From Deltaproteobacteria bacterium UBA6601 (lineage in GTDB: Bacteria > Myxococcota_A > UBA796 > UBA9615), in the NCBI GenBank assembly GCA_002433485.1, contig DJIF01000054.1, positions 1,158 through 65,157 of the forward strand: a DNA stretch of 64,000 bases, written 5' to 3'. Positions 22,590-33,156 of this stretch are shown here, one piece after another (positions within the stretch are counted from its first letter, which is position 1; each line of letters starts with the position of its first letter). A model generated the notes under the pieces. The model did no database searches and had not been told where the DNA came from. It saw only the letters and a list, made by a program, of their open reading frames with translations. A program made the position numbers and the translations under genes.

Positions 22590-24124
22590 TGTCCAGCCGA
22601 GTCCCAGCCCGAGATCCGAGTTCTCGGGCTCCCCTCCAGTTCGAGCACACGAGCGCGAGCCGCAGGGCCCATAGGCTGCTTGGAGAGTCCCTTGGAAAAC
22701 GCCTTTCGAGCACTGCGGGCATCGCGCGGAACCGCGACCAATCGATCGCGAAGACCGAGATCAACAGAGGCCAGCGCGTGAAGCGGCAGAGCTCCGCCGC
22801 GAACCGCGCGCTCAAGACGTCCCAGCCGGACCGCGAAGTCCTCTCGGCCCAACCGCACCGGTAGACCCGTGCGAGACAGCACTACAAAGCCCGCCTCGCC
22901 CTCGAAGCGAATCTCCGAGACATCGACCTCACGCAGCGCGGTGCCGGAATCCAGTGCACGGAGGATCTGCACCGCTCCCTGGCCGATCTGACGGAGTTCG
23001 GCAGGTCGCTCTGCCAGGCCTCGGTCCTCAAGCGTCAGGAATGGAAGGTCAATGGGATCGCCGGGTTGGACTTGCTTGAAGACCTCACCGCTCTCGTTCA
23101 TCAGCATCAACGGCTCATCGCCCAGCACCATCACGGCCTCGTGCTCCACAACCGCCAACTCTAAACGCTGACCGCGGAGGTCCCGGCGCAGCGAGATCCC
23201 GGCCACCCAGGGCAACCCGGCAGCCCGAGCACTGAGAACCGCTGGCTCAAGTTCGAGCAGGTTATCCCCCTCGCCAACGACCAGCGCTTCGAGCAGCTGG
23301 CTTCGCTCCACCCGATCCAGTCCCTGCACCTGAATGTCTTGGATGGACAGCCGGTCGCTCTGCTTGAGGGACTCCAAGGCCTGATAGCCAGCGACGAAGA
23401 GCCCAACCACCACAACCCCTGCAACCAGTCCCAGCGCCGCCGAGTGCTGCAGGCGAGCGTAAACCTCTTCCCGCTGGGCACTGATTCGAGAGCTGATACG
23501 GCCGCTGACATGACGACCGCTACTGGATAGGGCCTCAACGCTGCTGCGAGCCACGGCGTCGAAGCTCGGAAAGCCATCCTGCATGTCAGCAAGTTCTTCC
23601 CGCACGAAGTGGGCCGACAGGCGCATGGTCTCCCACATCCGACCCGCCGCCGACTCCGGGTCCCGGGTCTGCAATCGGAGCCGTCGAGCTGTGGAGCGGA
23701 ACAGGGCCGGAGCCTCAAGGACCCGCCGAGCCAACTCGCGAGGGCGCAACAGCAGCAGCAGCAGCTGGGCCGGTAGCACCACCAGAACCAGAAGTTTGCG
23801 ACCCAGATCGAACAGGGCCTCACCAACAGCCTGGCCCATCTCGGTACGCATGGTCGGCAATCGTCCTCTGGAACTGGCCGACTGTGGGCTCGGATCCGGA
23901 TCGGCAAAGCCTCTACCTGGTCTGCGGCGATCTGAGAGGGTGATTTCCTGAGTAGCTGACGGTCGACTGGGCGGCCGGGCTACAGGGTAGGTTCCGCTGG
24001 CGTTCGCCACAAAGGGCTCACGGCCCTGAGAACTGCGTCGCCGTCGCCGTTCTTCCTGACGACGGGGGCTCAGCTTGCGGTTTCCTACTGCTCGTCTACC
24101 CGACTGCCGATCGAGAATGCTCAT
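22586..24124 (-). CDS. ftsQ: Cell division protein FtsQ (POTRA domain). The ORF carries a long Arg/Ser-rich N-terminal extension, so the true start is uncertain.
   Basis: The C-terminal ~270 aa form a POTRA/FtsQ domain (LSIQDIQVQGLDRVERSQLLEAL..., LELAVVEHEAV). The main TM helix is ALGLVAGVVVVGLFVAGY. The open frame extends about 220 aa further upstream in low-complexity RS-rich sequence that contains a second hydrophobic stretch. Confidence 0.75.
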   Translation of the reverse strand: MSILDRQSGRRAVGNRKLSPRRQEERRRRRSSQGREPFVANASGTYPVARPPSRPSATQEITLSDRRRPGRGFADPDPSPQSASSRGRLPTMRTEMGQAVGEALFDLGRKLLVLVVLPAQLLLLLLRPRELARRVLEAPALFRSTARRLRLQTRDPESAAGRMWETMRLSAHFVREELADMQDGFPSFDAVARSSVEALSSSGRHVSGRISSRISAQREEVYARLQHSAALGLVAGVVVVGLFVAGYQALESLKQSDRLSIQDIQVQGLDRVERSQLLEALVVGEGDNLLELEPAVLSARAAGLPWVAGISLRRDLRGQRLELAVVEHEAVMVLGDEPLMLMNESGEVFKQVQPGDPIDLPFLTLEDRGLAERPAELRQIGQGAVQILRALDSGTALREVDVSEIRFEGEAGFVVLSRTGLPVRLGREDFAVRLGRLERAVRGGALPLHALASVDLGLRDRLVAVPRDARSARKAFSKGLSKQPMGPAARARVLELEGSPRTRISGWDSAGQ

Positions 24125-24261
24125 CTGCTACCTGCCCCGGGAGCCAGCTCAGCGGAATGGTTCACGCTCCCAATGACCCATTGTGGGAAAACGCGCCAAC
24201 CCTGTCAATCTCGAGATTTCGATTTTGTTTCGAAGAGTTACATGTGATCTACATGCATCTT
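24125..24261. promoter_or_regulatory. Likely internal promoter region for ftsQAZ
   Basis: This 137 bp gap lies between murB and ftsQ and has a comparatively AT-rich core (caatctcgagatttcgattttgtttcgaagagttacatgtgatctacatgcatcttc). ddl would normally sit here. Confidence 0.3.
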
Positions 24262-25323
24262 CTAGCCAGGTGGATCGGAGCCGACCACCCGCACCTCGGG
24301 GCGAAGATCAATTCCGTGGATCGACTGCACTCTATTCTTCACCTGATCCATCAGCTCAAGGACATCAGCAGCCTGAGCTTTACCATCGCTGACCACATAA
24401 TTGGCGTGAACCTCAGACACCCTGGCGCCACCGACCTGCAGCCCCTTTAGCCCTGCTTCATCAATAAGCTTACCGGCGGGCGGCCCTACATCAGGATTCT
24501 TGAACAGGCAGCCGGCACTGGGCAGACCGGTCGGCTGGGTATTCTTACGATAATGAACCAGTTCGCGAATCTCCTGCTGGACCTGTTCGCCGCTACGAGG
24601 GCGCAGCGCCAGCAAAGCACCGAGAATCAAGGCCCCCTCAGGCAGCACCAGCTTGCGGTAGCTGAAGCTGAACTCAGCGGGTTGAAGGACCCGGCGTTCC
24701 TGCCCATCCACCACGTAGAGTTCCTCGACCACATCACCGAGTTCTCCCTCGTGAGTTCCTGCATTCATCACCAGGGCCCCACCGATGGTTCCGGGTACAC
24801 CACCGAGGCCCTCAACGCCGCCCAGTCCGTGGCGCACACAGAAACGCAGCAGAGTTGGCACGACGACCCCGCTGCCGACATGCAGCCTCACCCTACCGTC
24901 TTCATCAACAGGAAGAGCCACGCCAGACTCCTTGTGCGGTTCAGCAACACCACCGACCGCCTCCACCGAGGCCGAAAAGCGACTGACAGCGTCAACCTCA
25001 GAACCCTCATCCTGCAACTCTGAGGCCGGGTCCCTGACAAAGGCCAGGCGGCGAAAGCCCTTCCCCAACCGCAGGGCAACCCCACGAATCCCACCGTCTC
25101 GAACCAACAGATTGCAGCCTCCACCTAAGGGAAACACCGGCAGCGCTTCACGCTTGCACCACTGCAGCAAGTTCATCAGCGCGACTTCATCGCGCACCTT
25201 GACCCACGCGTCCACCGGACCACCAATGCGAAACGACGTATGCCGGCTCATGGGTTCGTCAAACAGAACCCTGCCCAGCTGCAAAGCCAACAGGGAACTA
25301 CGCTGCCCCTCAGTAAGGCTCAC
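24262..25323 (-). CDS. murB: UDP-N-acetylenolpyruvoylglucosamine reductase
   Basis: It has the FAD-binding signature (FRIGGP, GGGCNLLVRDGG) and the MurB C-terminal domain. Its start overlaps the murC stop. Confidence 0.9.
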   Translation of the reverse strand: MSLTEGQRSSLLALQLGRVLFDEPMSRHTSFRIGGPVDAWVKVRDEVALMNLLQWCKREALPVFPLGGGCNLLVRDGGIRGVALRLGKGFRRLAFVRDPASELQDEGSEVDAVSRFSASVEAVGGVAEPHKESGVALPVDEDGRVRLHVGSGVVVPTLLRFCVRHGLGGVEGLGGVPGTIGGALVMNAGTHEGELGDVVEELYVVDGQERRVLQPAEFSFSYRKLVLPEGALILGALLALRPRSGEQVQQEIRELVHYRKNTQPTGLPSAGCLFKNPDVGPPAGKLIDEAGLKGLQVGGARVSEVHANYVVSDGKAQAADVLELMDQVKNRVQSIHGIDLRPEVRVVGSDPPG

Positions 25324-26726
25324 AGCCCGTCGAGCTCCAGTGTTGGTGGGCCCTTGGCATCCAGTACGTCGACCAACTGGTGACTGATGTTGGTCACATC
25401 CCCGGCCCCCAGCGTCAGCACTACATCGCCCTTGCGTGCCCGCTTGCCCAAAGCATCCAATACCGCAGCTTCATCAGCACAGGGAAGCACCCCTTTATGG
25501 CCATGCTGGCTGAGATCTCGAGACAGGGTAGCAGCGTCGACACCCGGGACCGCCGCTTCGCCGGCAGCATAAACATCCATGACCAGCAGCAAAGAGCAGT
25601 CATTGAACGCGCTCATAAACTCCTCATGAAGCTCTACCGTGCGCGAGTAGCGATGCGGCTGCCAAACCGCGACGACTCGGCGGCCGTAGCTCTCCCGCGC
25701 CGCGGCCAAGGTGGCCCGAATCTCAGCTGGATGATGAGCATAGTCATCAATGACAGTCACTCCACCGGCCTCGCCACGCAAGGTAAAGCGGCGCTGTACC
25801 CCCTCGAAACGCTCAAGGGCCTGCTGGATCAGAGCAAAGGGAATGCCCGCCTCAAGAGCGACGGCGGTCGCGGCCAACGCATTAAGGATGTTGTGACGAC
25901 CCGGCATCCCGAGACGAATGGGCCCGAGGAACTCCTCACCACGAACCACTGAGAAACTCGAAGTGGTTCCTTCCACCCTTGGATCTACGGCCCGCAACTC
26001 AGCCTGACTGGTAAAGCCGTAGGTGAGGTATCGCTTGCACACTCGCGGCAGCAGGCCCTGAATCGTAGGGTGATCAAGGCAAAGCGCAGCAGCACCGTAA
26101 AAAGGCACCTTGTTAATGAACTCAAGGAAGGCCTCAACGAGAGCCGGTTCGCTGCCGTAATGATCGAGATGCTCAGGATCAATGTTGGTCACAATGGACA
26201 GGGTCGGCGACAGCTTGAGAAAAGAGCCGTCGCTCTCATCGGCCTCGGCAACCAGCCACTCCCCACGCCCCAACACCGCGTTACTGCCCACACTATTGAG
26301 CTTGCCGCCCACAACCACGGTGGGATCCAAGCCGCCAGCGGCAAAGATCGCCGCCAGAAGAGAGGTGGTGGTGGTCTTGCCGTGGGTCCCGGCAACGGCC
26401 ACCCCGTGCTTCATGCGCATCAATTCAGCCAGCATCTCCGCTCTCGGAATCACCGGAATCCCAGCACCGACCGCCGCGGCGACCTCGGAGTTCTCAAGGC
26501 CTACGGCAGAGGAGCGCACCACCACGTGTGCTCCCTCAATGTGGGCCGGGTCGTGACCCACATGAACCTTGATCCCAAGTTCCTCGAGGCGGCGAGTAGT
26601 CGACGAAGCGCGCAGATCAGAGCCGCTGACCCGATAGTCCAGGTTGCACAGCACCTCGGCAATCCCAGACATACCAATGCCACCGATGCCAACGAAGTGA
26701 ATGTGCCGGGTGCCAAGAAATCTCAT
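25320..26726 (-). CDS. murC: UDP-N-acetylmuramate--L-alanine ligase
   Basis: The sequence reads HIHFVGIGGIGMSGIAEVL and later GTHGKTTTTS. It is a Mur ligase of 468 aa. Confidence 0.93.
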   Translation of the reverse strand: MRFLGTRHIHFVGIGGIGMSGIAEVLCNLDYRVSGSDLRASSTTRRLEELGIKVHVGHDPAHIEGAHVVVRSSAVGLENSEVAAAVGAGIPVIPRAEMLAELMRMKHGVAVAGTHGKTTTTSLLAAIFAAGGLDPTVVVGGKLNSVGSNAVLGRGEWLVAEADESDGSFLKLSPTLSIVTNIDPEHLDHYGSEPALVEAFLEFINKVPFYGAAALCLDHPTIQGLLPRVCKRYLTYGFTSQAELRAVDPRVEGTTSSFSVVRGEEFLGPIRLGMPGRHNILNALAATAVALEAGIPFALIQQALERFEGVQRRFTLRGEAGGVTVIDDYAHHPAEIRATLAAARESYGRRVVAVWQPHRYSRTVELHEEFMSAFNDCSLLLVMDVYAAGEAAVPGVDAATLSRDLSQHGHKGVLPCADEAAVLDALGKRARKGDVVLTLGAGDVTNISHQLVDVLDAKGPPTLELDGL

Positions 26727-26819
26727 CGCGCGGTCTCTGCGGCAAAGACGCCGCTAAGCGCAGCAGAGTAGCAGCAACAGCGCAGGGAGCCAGCCCGAAG
26801 CAAGCGGAGGCAAGGAAAC

Positions 26820-27938
26820 TCAGGGTCTACCGATGGACCTATACATCTCGTCAACAACCTCGACTGCCGCCTGAGGGCGTGCCAGCGAGGCCGCCTTCCA
26901 AGCCATCTCTTGCAGCGCAGTCGGCTGTTGAACGAAACGTTGGATGGTCTCTACCAACAGCGAGCCGGTGAGCTGCTTCTGAAGAATCATCTCCCCGCCA
27001 CCAGCGGCAACCAGGACCTCAGCGTTCTTCTCCTGATGATTGTCGATGGCGTGGGGGTAAGGAACCAGCAGCGCGCCGCGTTGAGAGATGCTGAGTTCTG
27101 AGACGGTCAACGCTCCAGCGCGACAGAGCACCAGATCGGCAGCCCTGTAGGCCTCAGCCATGGCATTAATGAAGGGCGTAACCGTGGCATCGAGACCAGC
27201 CTCCTCATAAGCCGCGCGTACCCGATCACAGTCGGCCTCCCCGGTCTGGTGAGTGATGTACACACGATCATGGAGTTCGGCAGGGAGCTGGCTGGCGGCG
27301 TCCATCATCGCCTCATTAATAGGCCGCGCACCTTGAGAGCCTCCTACCACCAGCAGCTTGAGCCGCTGCCCAATGCCAACCGTACCGGTGGACTCCAGGG
27401 TCAAAAGCTCTACGACACCAGCGCGAATAGGGTTTCCAGTAACGTGGACCTTAGCTCTGGGGAAGGCCGCAGAGGCCGCCTCAAAAGCGACGAAGATGCG
27501 CCGCACAAAAGGCCCAAGAAAGCGGTTGGTGGTCCCCGCCACCGAGTTCTGCTCCACGATCCCCGTACAGCGACCGGTAAGCCAGGCGGCCAGGACCACC
27601 GGACCAGAGGCATAGCCACCAACACCCATAACGATGTCAGGATTCTCTTCACGCAATAAGGAGATGGACTGCAAGATCGCCTTTGGCACCTGAAGCAGGG
27701 CTCGCAACCGGTGAAGCAGGCCCCGTCCGCGAACCCCCGAGATGTCAATAAAGCGTACGTCAAGCCCCTCTTTGGGGCCGACCCGAGCCTCAATCCCCCG
27801 GCGCGTGCCCACATAGATGACCTTGGTCGACGAGCTCCGCGCATGGAAAGCTTCGCCCACCGCGACACCGGAGAAGAAGTGACCACCGGTACCACCACCG
27901 GCAATCATCACCTTTAGGGCAGCTTCAACCACCAGCAC
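26820..27938 (-). CDS. murG: Undecaprenyl-PP-MurNAc-pentapeptide-UDPGlcNAc GlcNAc transferase
   Basis: The motif MIAGGGTGGHFF is present and the protein has a GT28 fold. The real start may be the MIAGGG methionine at 27908. Confidence 0.92.
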   Translation of the reverse strand: MLVVEAALKVMIAGGGTGGHFFSGVAVGEAFHARSSSTKVIYVGTRRGIEARVGPKEGLDVRFIDISGVRGRGLLHRLRALLQVPKAILQSISLLREENPDIVMGVGGYASGPVVLAAWLTGRCTGIVEQNSVAGTTNRFLGPFVRRIFVAFEAASAAFPRAKVHVTGNPIRAGVVELLTLESTGTVGIGQRLKLLVVGGSQGARPINEAMMDAASQLPAELHDRVYITHQTGEADCDRVRAAYEEAGLDATVTPFINAMAEAYRAADLVLCRAGALTVSELSISQRGALLVPYPHAIDNHQEKNAEVLVAAGGGEMILQKQLTGSLLVETIQRFVQQPTALQEMAWKAASLARPQAAVEVVDEMYRSIGRP

Positions 27939-27949
27939 CCCTCCTCATC

Positions 27950-29134
27950 CTAACTGCCCTGCAGCGCTCCAGCCCGAACCCGTCTTCGCATCGAAGGGCC
28001 GCTGAACGGAGACTTCGGTACATCGCTCAGAACAGTACGCCTTCTGGCTTGTGCCGTCACGTTCAACAAGATGCCAAGCTGCCCCATAGTAAGAACCATC
28101 GAAGAGCCACCATAGGAAACCAGCGGCAGTGTCAGGCCCTTGGTCGGCAACAGGCCGGTGACCACCGCCATGTTGACCGCAGCCTGCAGACCGATCATAA
28201 GGGTCAAGCCGATGCCCAGCAGTCTGCCGAACAGGTCAGGGGCATCCTGACAGCAGCGGGCAGCGCGAAACACAAACAACCCAAACAGACCGATGATCAG
28301 AGCCGACCCAACAAGGCCGAACTCCTCACCGACTACCGAATAGATAAAGTCGGTGTGGGCAGCTGGCAGGAAGAACAGCTTCTGACTGCTCTCCCCCATC
28401 CCGGCACCAAGCACCCCACCGGCGCGAAAGGCCAGCCAGCTCTGAATCAACTGAAACCCACTGTCGGCCTTATGCGCCCAGGGGTCCATAAACGCGACCA
28501 GCCGTGCACGCCGGTACTCAGCCCCGGTCAGCACCAACCAGGCAACCGGTAGACCAACGGCGAGCAATCCGGCGAGATGATGAATCTTCACCCCTGCAAT
28601 GAACATCATCAGGAACAGGATGGCCGCCAGGGTCATGGTGGTGCCGAAGTCCGGCTCTAGGAGGATCAGACAAAGGACCAGACCTACGAAAAGGAGGTGC
28701 GGCAGGATCCCCACCGAGAAGGTACCGATGTGACTCTGCTTCTTCTCCAGGGAGTAAGCGAGGTAGAGGATCACGGCCAGCTTGGCGATCTCCGATGACT
28801 GCAGATAGATGGGCCCCAGCGGCAACCAGCGGGTTGCGCCGCCCATGGTCACCCCGATCCCGGGAATCAGAGTCAAAATGAGCAGCAGGGTCACCACTCC
28901 GAGCAACGGATAGGTCCAGGGCTTTAGCTTCTGATAGGGAATAGCCGCGGCAACCGTCAAGGTGATCAAGCCCAGGATCGCGAACACGCCGTGACGCTTG
29001 ATGTAGTGCATCTCGCTGCCATGAACATCCGCCGCGTAGATAGCACCAGCCGAATAGACCATGGCGACCCCAATGGTGAGCAGGGCCAGAATGCAGGATA
29101 GAACCAGCGGGTCGACGTCTCTCAGGGACCGCAT
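27950..29134 (-). CDS. ftsW: SEDS-family peptidoglycan glycosyltransferase FtsW
   Basis: It has ten TM helices and conserved SEDS motifs (DFGTT, GLLPTKG..LPLVSYGGSS). It sits between mraY and murG. Confidence 0.88.
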   Translation of the reverse strand: MRSLRDVDPLVLSCILALLTIGVAMVYSAGAIYAADVHGSEMHYIKRHGVFAILGLITLTVAAAIPYQKLKPWTYPLLGVVTLLLILTLIPGIGVTMGGATRWLPLGPIYLQSSEIAKLAVILYLAYSLEKKQSHIGTFSVGILPHLLFVGLVLCLILLEPDFGTTMTLAAILFLMMFIAGVKIHHLAGLLAVGLPVAWLVLTGAEYRRARLVAFMDPWAHKADSGFQLIQSWLAFRAGGVLGAGMGESSQKLFFLPAAHTDFIYSVVGEEFGLVGSALIIGLFGLFVFRAARCCQDAPDLFGRLLGIGLTLMIGLQAAVNMAVVTGLLPTKGLTLPLVSYGGSSMVLTMGQLGILLNVTAQARRRTVLSDVPKSPFSGPSMRRRVRAGALQGS

Positions 29135-29143
29135 TGCAACTCC

Positions 29144-30217
29144 TCAGCGCAGCTTCAAGGTCATCAGCGCAAACAAGGCCAGCAGGATGGAGATGATCCA
29201 GAACCTGACGATGATCTTCGGTTCCTCCCAGCCCTTCTTCTCGAAGTGATGATGGATGGGAGCCATGGCAAAGACTCGCTTGCCAGTCGTCTTGAAGGAG
29301 GCGACCTGGATGATGACGCTGAGCGCCTCCATCAAGAAGACGCCACCGACAATGGCCAGCAACAGCTCGTTGTGTGTCAGGACCGCCAGTGCGCCAATGA
29401 CCCCACCCAGCGGCAGGGAACCGGTATCTCCCATAAAGATCGAAGCGGGGAAGGCGTTGTACCAGAGGAAGCCCATACCGGCCCCGGCCAGGGTTACGGT
29501 CAGCACGGTGAGTTCACCAGCACCCGGCACATAGGGAATTGCCAGGTAACCGGCAAAACGAGTGTTTCCTGCCAGATAAGCGAGCAGTCCGAAGGTCAGC
29601 GCGCTGGTCATCACCGGGCCGATGGCAAGACCATCAAGACCATCGGTAAGATTGACCGCATTTGCCGTGCCGACTATCAGGAAGGAGGCAAAGGCTACGT
29701 AAGCGAGCCCAAGGTCCACGGACACCGACTTCAAGAAGGGAACTGGAACAGTGGTGCTGATCCCCCACCACCGGACACCCACATAAAGAATCACTCCCGA
29801 TATCAGGAATTCCAGAGCCAACCGCAGCTTGCCGCTTAGACCAGCGCTGCTCTTTTGACTGATCTTGCTCCAATCATCGACGAAGCCGACCGCACAGAAG
29901 CCAACGGCGATTACCAACACAATCCAAACCCTCGGTTCGTCGAGGCGAGCCCACAGCAAGGTGGACGCGATCACGGCGAACATGATCAACAGCCCCCCCA
30001 TTGTCGGGGTTCCGGCCTTCTGCTGGTGGTCGGGGCCGACCTCGCGGATCTCCTGCCCATAGCGGCGGCGCTGCAGAAATCGAATGAAGGCCGGGTAGCA
30101 GAAAATGCAGATCAGCAGAGCAGTCATCAAGGCCGCTGCTGCCCGAAACGAGATGTAGCGAACCACGTTGAAGGCAAATTCTGATTCGGAGAGTGGATAG
30201 AGCAGGTGGTAGAGCAT
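29144..30217 (-). CDS. mraY: Phospho-N-acetylmuramoyl-pentapeptide transferase
   Basis: MraY motifs are present (NAVNLTDGLDGLA, HHHFE). It is 357 aa and polytopic. Confidence 0.93.
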   Translation of the reverse strand: MLYHLLYPLSESEFAFNVVRYISFRAAAALMTALLICIFCYPAFIRFLQRRRYGQEIREVGPDHQQKAGTPTMGGLLIMFAVIASTLLWARLDEPRVWIVLVIAVGFCAVGFVDDWSKISQKSSAGLSGKLRLALEFLISGVILYVGVRWWGISTTVPVPFLKSVSVDLGLAYVAFASFLIVGTANAVNLTDGLDGLAIGPVMTSALTFGLLAYLAGNTRFAGYLAIPYVPGAGELTVLTVTLAGAGMGFLWYNAFPASIFMGDTGSLPLGGVIGALAVLTHNELLLAIVGGVFLMEALSVIIQVASFKTTGKRVFAMAPIHHHFEKKGWEEPKIIVRFWIISILLALFALMTLKLR

Positions 30218-30220
30218 CGG

Positions 30221-31648
30221 TCAGGTCCCTTCAGCAGCAGCAACAGCAGCTAGAGGCTCAAGGACAGCCTCCATCTTCATCCCACGCGAGCCCTTTATGA
30301 GGAGCACATCGCCAGGTCTCAGGTAGCCAACCAGAAGCTCGCCAGCGGCCCGAGAATCGAGGGCAGCCTCAGCCGCAATGCCCGCGGCTCTGGCGGCTTG
30401 AACGGCCTGCTCCATGAGGGGGCCGGCACCGACCAGCAGGTCGAGGCCCAGAGTGGCCGCCTCGACGCCCGTTTCTGCATGCAGGCCAGCCGCTGTAGTG
30501 CCAAGCTCCAGCATGTCGCCAAGAGCAGCAATCCGGCGTCCTGAAGTGGGCAGAGATGCCAGCGTGTGCATCGCCGCAGAAACCGACGCAGGATTAGCGT
30601 TGTACGCATCATCCAACACGGTGATTCCAGCCAGCTTTTGAACCTTCATCCGACGCCCGGGGACCTGCACATCCTGAAGCCCAGCCGCAATGTCCTCGAG
30701 TGAAGCCCCCATAGCGTGACCGGCAGCAGCGGCAGCCAGGGCGTTGTGCACCTGATGTCTGCCAGCGAGAGGAAGCTTGAACTCAATAGAGCGGCCGTGG
30801 ACCAGAATCCGCGCGCGACTCCCAGCAAGGCCAAGCTCCTCCAGGTGCAGAAGTTTGACCTCAGCATCCGCATCGGGGCGCATGCTGAAACCTACTGAGC
30901 AACTGCCAGTCGGCCTGGGAAAGCGCGCGGAAAGTGGGTTGTCCGCCGGAATGACAAGCACATCGCCGGCAACCGCGCCCTCAAACAACTCCCCCTTGGC
31001 ATCGGCGATAGCAGCGACCGAGGGAAAGAACTCAAGGTGGGCGGCTGTTACCTCGGTGATCACCCGTACCTTCGGACGAGCGATTTCAGCGAGCAGGCGC
31101 AGTTCACCGGGCTCGGACATCCCCATTTCAAGGACTGCCCAGCCATCATCAGACTGCATGCCAAGGATCGTCAGAGGAACCCCAATTCGGTTATTAAAAT
31201 TGCCCTCCGTCTGCAACCCAGGACCACTACGGGCAAGGATGGAGGCCAACAACGCTCGGGTGGTGGTCTTGCCCACAGAGCCGGTGATCGCCGCTACCTT
31301 GGGACCAGAAGCAGCCAAAAAGGCGCCAGCAATCGCTCCGAAGGCGAGCAGCGTATCTTCAACTGCAATCACCGGACCGCTCAGAGCCTGGGGCAGCTCA
31401 AGGGAGGCCAACTCGCTGCGGGCCACCAGGGCACCGCAAGCATGGCCACCGAGGGCAGCAGGAACAAAGCGGTGACCGTCGTGATTTTCACCCACCAGGG
31501 CGACGAACAGAGCACCATCACCCAGCTCTCGAGTATCGGTGCACAACGACCAGCTGCCCGCAGCGGGACCTGCGATATGGTCACCAGCAGTGGCCCCCAG
31601 AATCTGCTCAACACTCAGTCTGCCTGCTGGTGAGTAGCGACCTGTCAT
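30221..31648 (-). CDS. murF: UDP-MurNAc-tripeptide--D-Ala-D-Ala ligase
   Basis: MurF-type motifs are present (GALFVALVGENHDGHRF, GSVGKTTT). Its start overlaps the murE stop. Confidence 0.88.
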   Translation of the reverse strand: MTGRYSPAGRLSVEQILGATAGDHIAGPAAGSWSLCTDTRELGDGALFVALVGENHDGHRFVPAALGGHACGALVARSELASLELPQALSGPVIAVEDTLLAFGAIAGAFLAASGPKVAAITGSVGKTTTRALLASILARSGPGLQTEGNFNNRIGVPLTILGMQSDDGWAVLEMGMSEPGELRLLAEIARPKVRVITEVTAAHLEFFPSVAAIADAKGELFEGAVAGDVLVIPADNPLSARFPRPTGSCSVGFSMRPDADAEVKLLHLEELGLAGSRARILVHGRSIEFKLPLAGRHQVHNALAAAAAGHAMGASLEDIAAGLQDVQVPGRRMKVQKLAGITVLDDAYNANPASVSAAMHTLASLPTSGRRIAALGDMLELGTTAAGLHAETGVEAATLGLDLLVGAGPLMEQAVQAARAAGIAAEAALDSRAAGELLVGYLRPGDVLLIKGSRGMKMEAVLEPLAAVAAAEGT

Positions 31649-33156
31649 GGGCTCGCCTCCAGCACTCGCAGGGCCTGCTCCCGGTCATCAAAGGGATGCT
31701 GAACTCCATCAATTTCCTGATAGCTCTCATGACCTTTACCGGCGATCAGCACCACCTCACCCTCACGGGAAGAAATGATAGCTTCCCTGATAGCAGAGGC
31801 CCGATCGACCACCCGACAATACTGTGCGGAGGAGCCTTTCAGGCCCTGCTCCATGGCATCGAGGATTGCTTCCGGATCTTCACCCCTTGGATTGTCTGAA
31901 GTGAGCCAGACAAAATCCGCACCTTCCGCTGCCGCCCTGGCCATCAGCGGGCGCTTGCCCTGATCACGCTCGCCGCCACAGCCACAGACAATCACCAGGC
32001 GGTCAGGATTCAAGCTGCGTAGGGCTTGCAGCGTTTCTGAAATGGCCGCAGGAGAGTGCGCATAATCGACCAGAATGAGCGGTCCTCGGCCATCCTCGCG
32101 ACGCACAGCCTCAAGACGGCCGCGCGCGCCGACCGCAGCCGCGATTCCCTGCTCAACAGAGCGGCGCTTAATTCCAGCGGCAAGGGCACAACCCGCCGCG
32201 AGCAGGCAGTTCGCCAGGTTGTGTCGTCCGAGCAGAGGACTGCTGAGCTGCAGCCGCTCGGTGCGATACGCCAGGGAGACCCGCAGGCCATCAAGGTCCA
32301 AGACCGGCTCAGCAACCGGCGCCAGGTCTGCGCGTCCGGCCGCCACCGCTCCAGGCTGGGCAGAGACCCGCAAGGTACGATGCCAATCCTGCCCATGAGC
32401 CGCGACCACCGGATCGTCCACATTAAGCACTGCCGTAGCAGCCTCAGTTCCCCAGCTTGGCAACCATTCGGTAAGCAGCAGCGCCTTCGCACGCTCATAG
32501 CTGAGCAGATCGCCATGGTAATCCAGGTGATCCCGACTCAAATTGCTCCACCCAGCCACATCCAGCTGCAACCCCGCAGTACGACCTTGATGAAGGGCAT
32601 GAGAGCTCAATTCGAGAGCAACCGCCTCTACCCCATCCTCGGCCATTCGCCCCAACCAGCGATAAAAAGTCGGCCCCTCAGGAGTGGTATGGGTTGCCTG
32701 GTGATCCTGGGCACCGTTCAGACCCTGCCAGGAGATACCGGTCGTCCCCAGGCTGCCACCGCGCAGACCCGCCGCCGCAAAGATCGAACGCAGGATTGCC
32801 ACGGTACTGGTCTTACCGTTGGTTCCAGTAACGGCAATCACTCGCATGGACTCGGCAGGATCGCCGCACAGGGCAGAGGAGACCAGCGCCAAAGCGCGTC
32901 GCGGGTCCTGAACCTGCAATCCCACCACCTGGTCAGGCCAGGCTGCCGGCCAACGAGACAACAACACTGCAGCGGCGCCACGCTTGAGAGCCTCAGCGAT
33001 AAAGCGGTGACCATCGGTGGTGCTGCCGTCGATCGCGGCAAATATACTGCCTGCCCGCACCTGTCGGGAGTCTGCGGTCGCAGCCCTGATGTCGACGTCA
33101 AGCGGCCCCCGGCGTGCCAGCGGACTTAGGCGTGCTTCAAGCGCCGACAGCATCAC
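31645..33156 (-). CDS. murE: UDP-MurNAc-L-Ala-D-Glu--2,6-diaminopimelate ligase
   Basis: The sequence reads SIFAAIDGSTTDGHRFIAEALKRGAAAVL and later GTNGKTST. The length and its position after ftsI fit murE. Confidence 0.9.
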   Translation of the reverse strand: MMLSALEARLSPLARRGPLDVDIRAATADSRQVRAGSIFAAIDGSTTDGHRFIAEALKRGAAAVLLSRWPAAWPDQVVGLQVQDPRRALALVSSALCGDPAESMRVIAVTGTNGKTSTVAILRSIFAAAGLRGGSLGTTGISWQGLNGAQDHQATHTTPEGPTFYRWLGRMAEDGVEAVALELSSHALHQGRTAGLQLDVAGWSNLSRDHLDYHGDLLSYERAKALLLTEWLPSWGTEAATAVLNVDDPVVAAHGQDWHRTLRVSAQPGAVAAGRADLAPVAEPVLDLDGLRVSLAYRTERLQLSSPLLGRHNLANCLLAAGCALAAGIKRRSVEQGIAAAVGARGRLEAVRREDGRGPLILVDYAHSPAAISETLQALRSLNPDRLVIVCGCGGERDQGKRPLMARAAAEGADFVWLTSDNPRGEDPEAILDAMEQGLKGSSAQYCRVVDRASAIREAIISSREGEVVLIAGKGHESYQEIDGVQHPFDDREQALRVLEASP

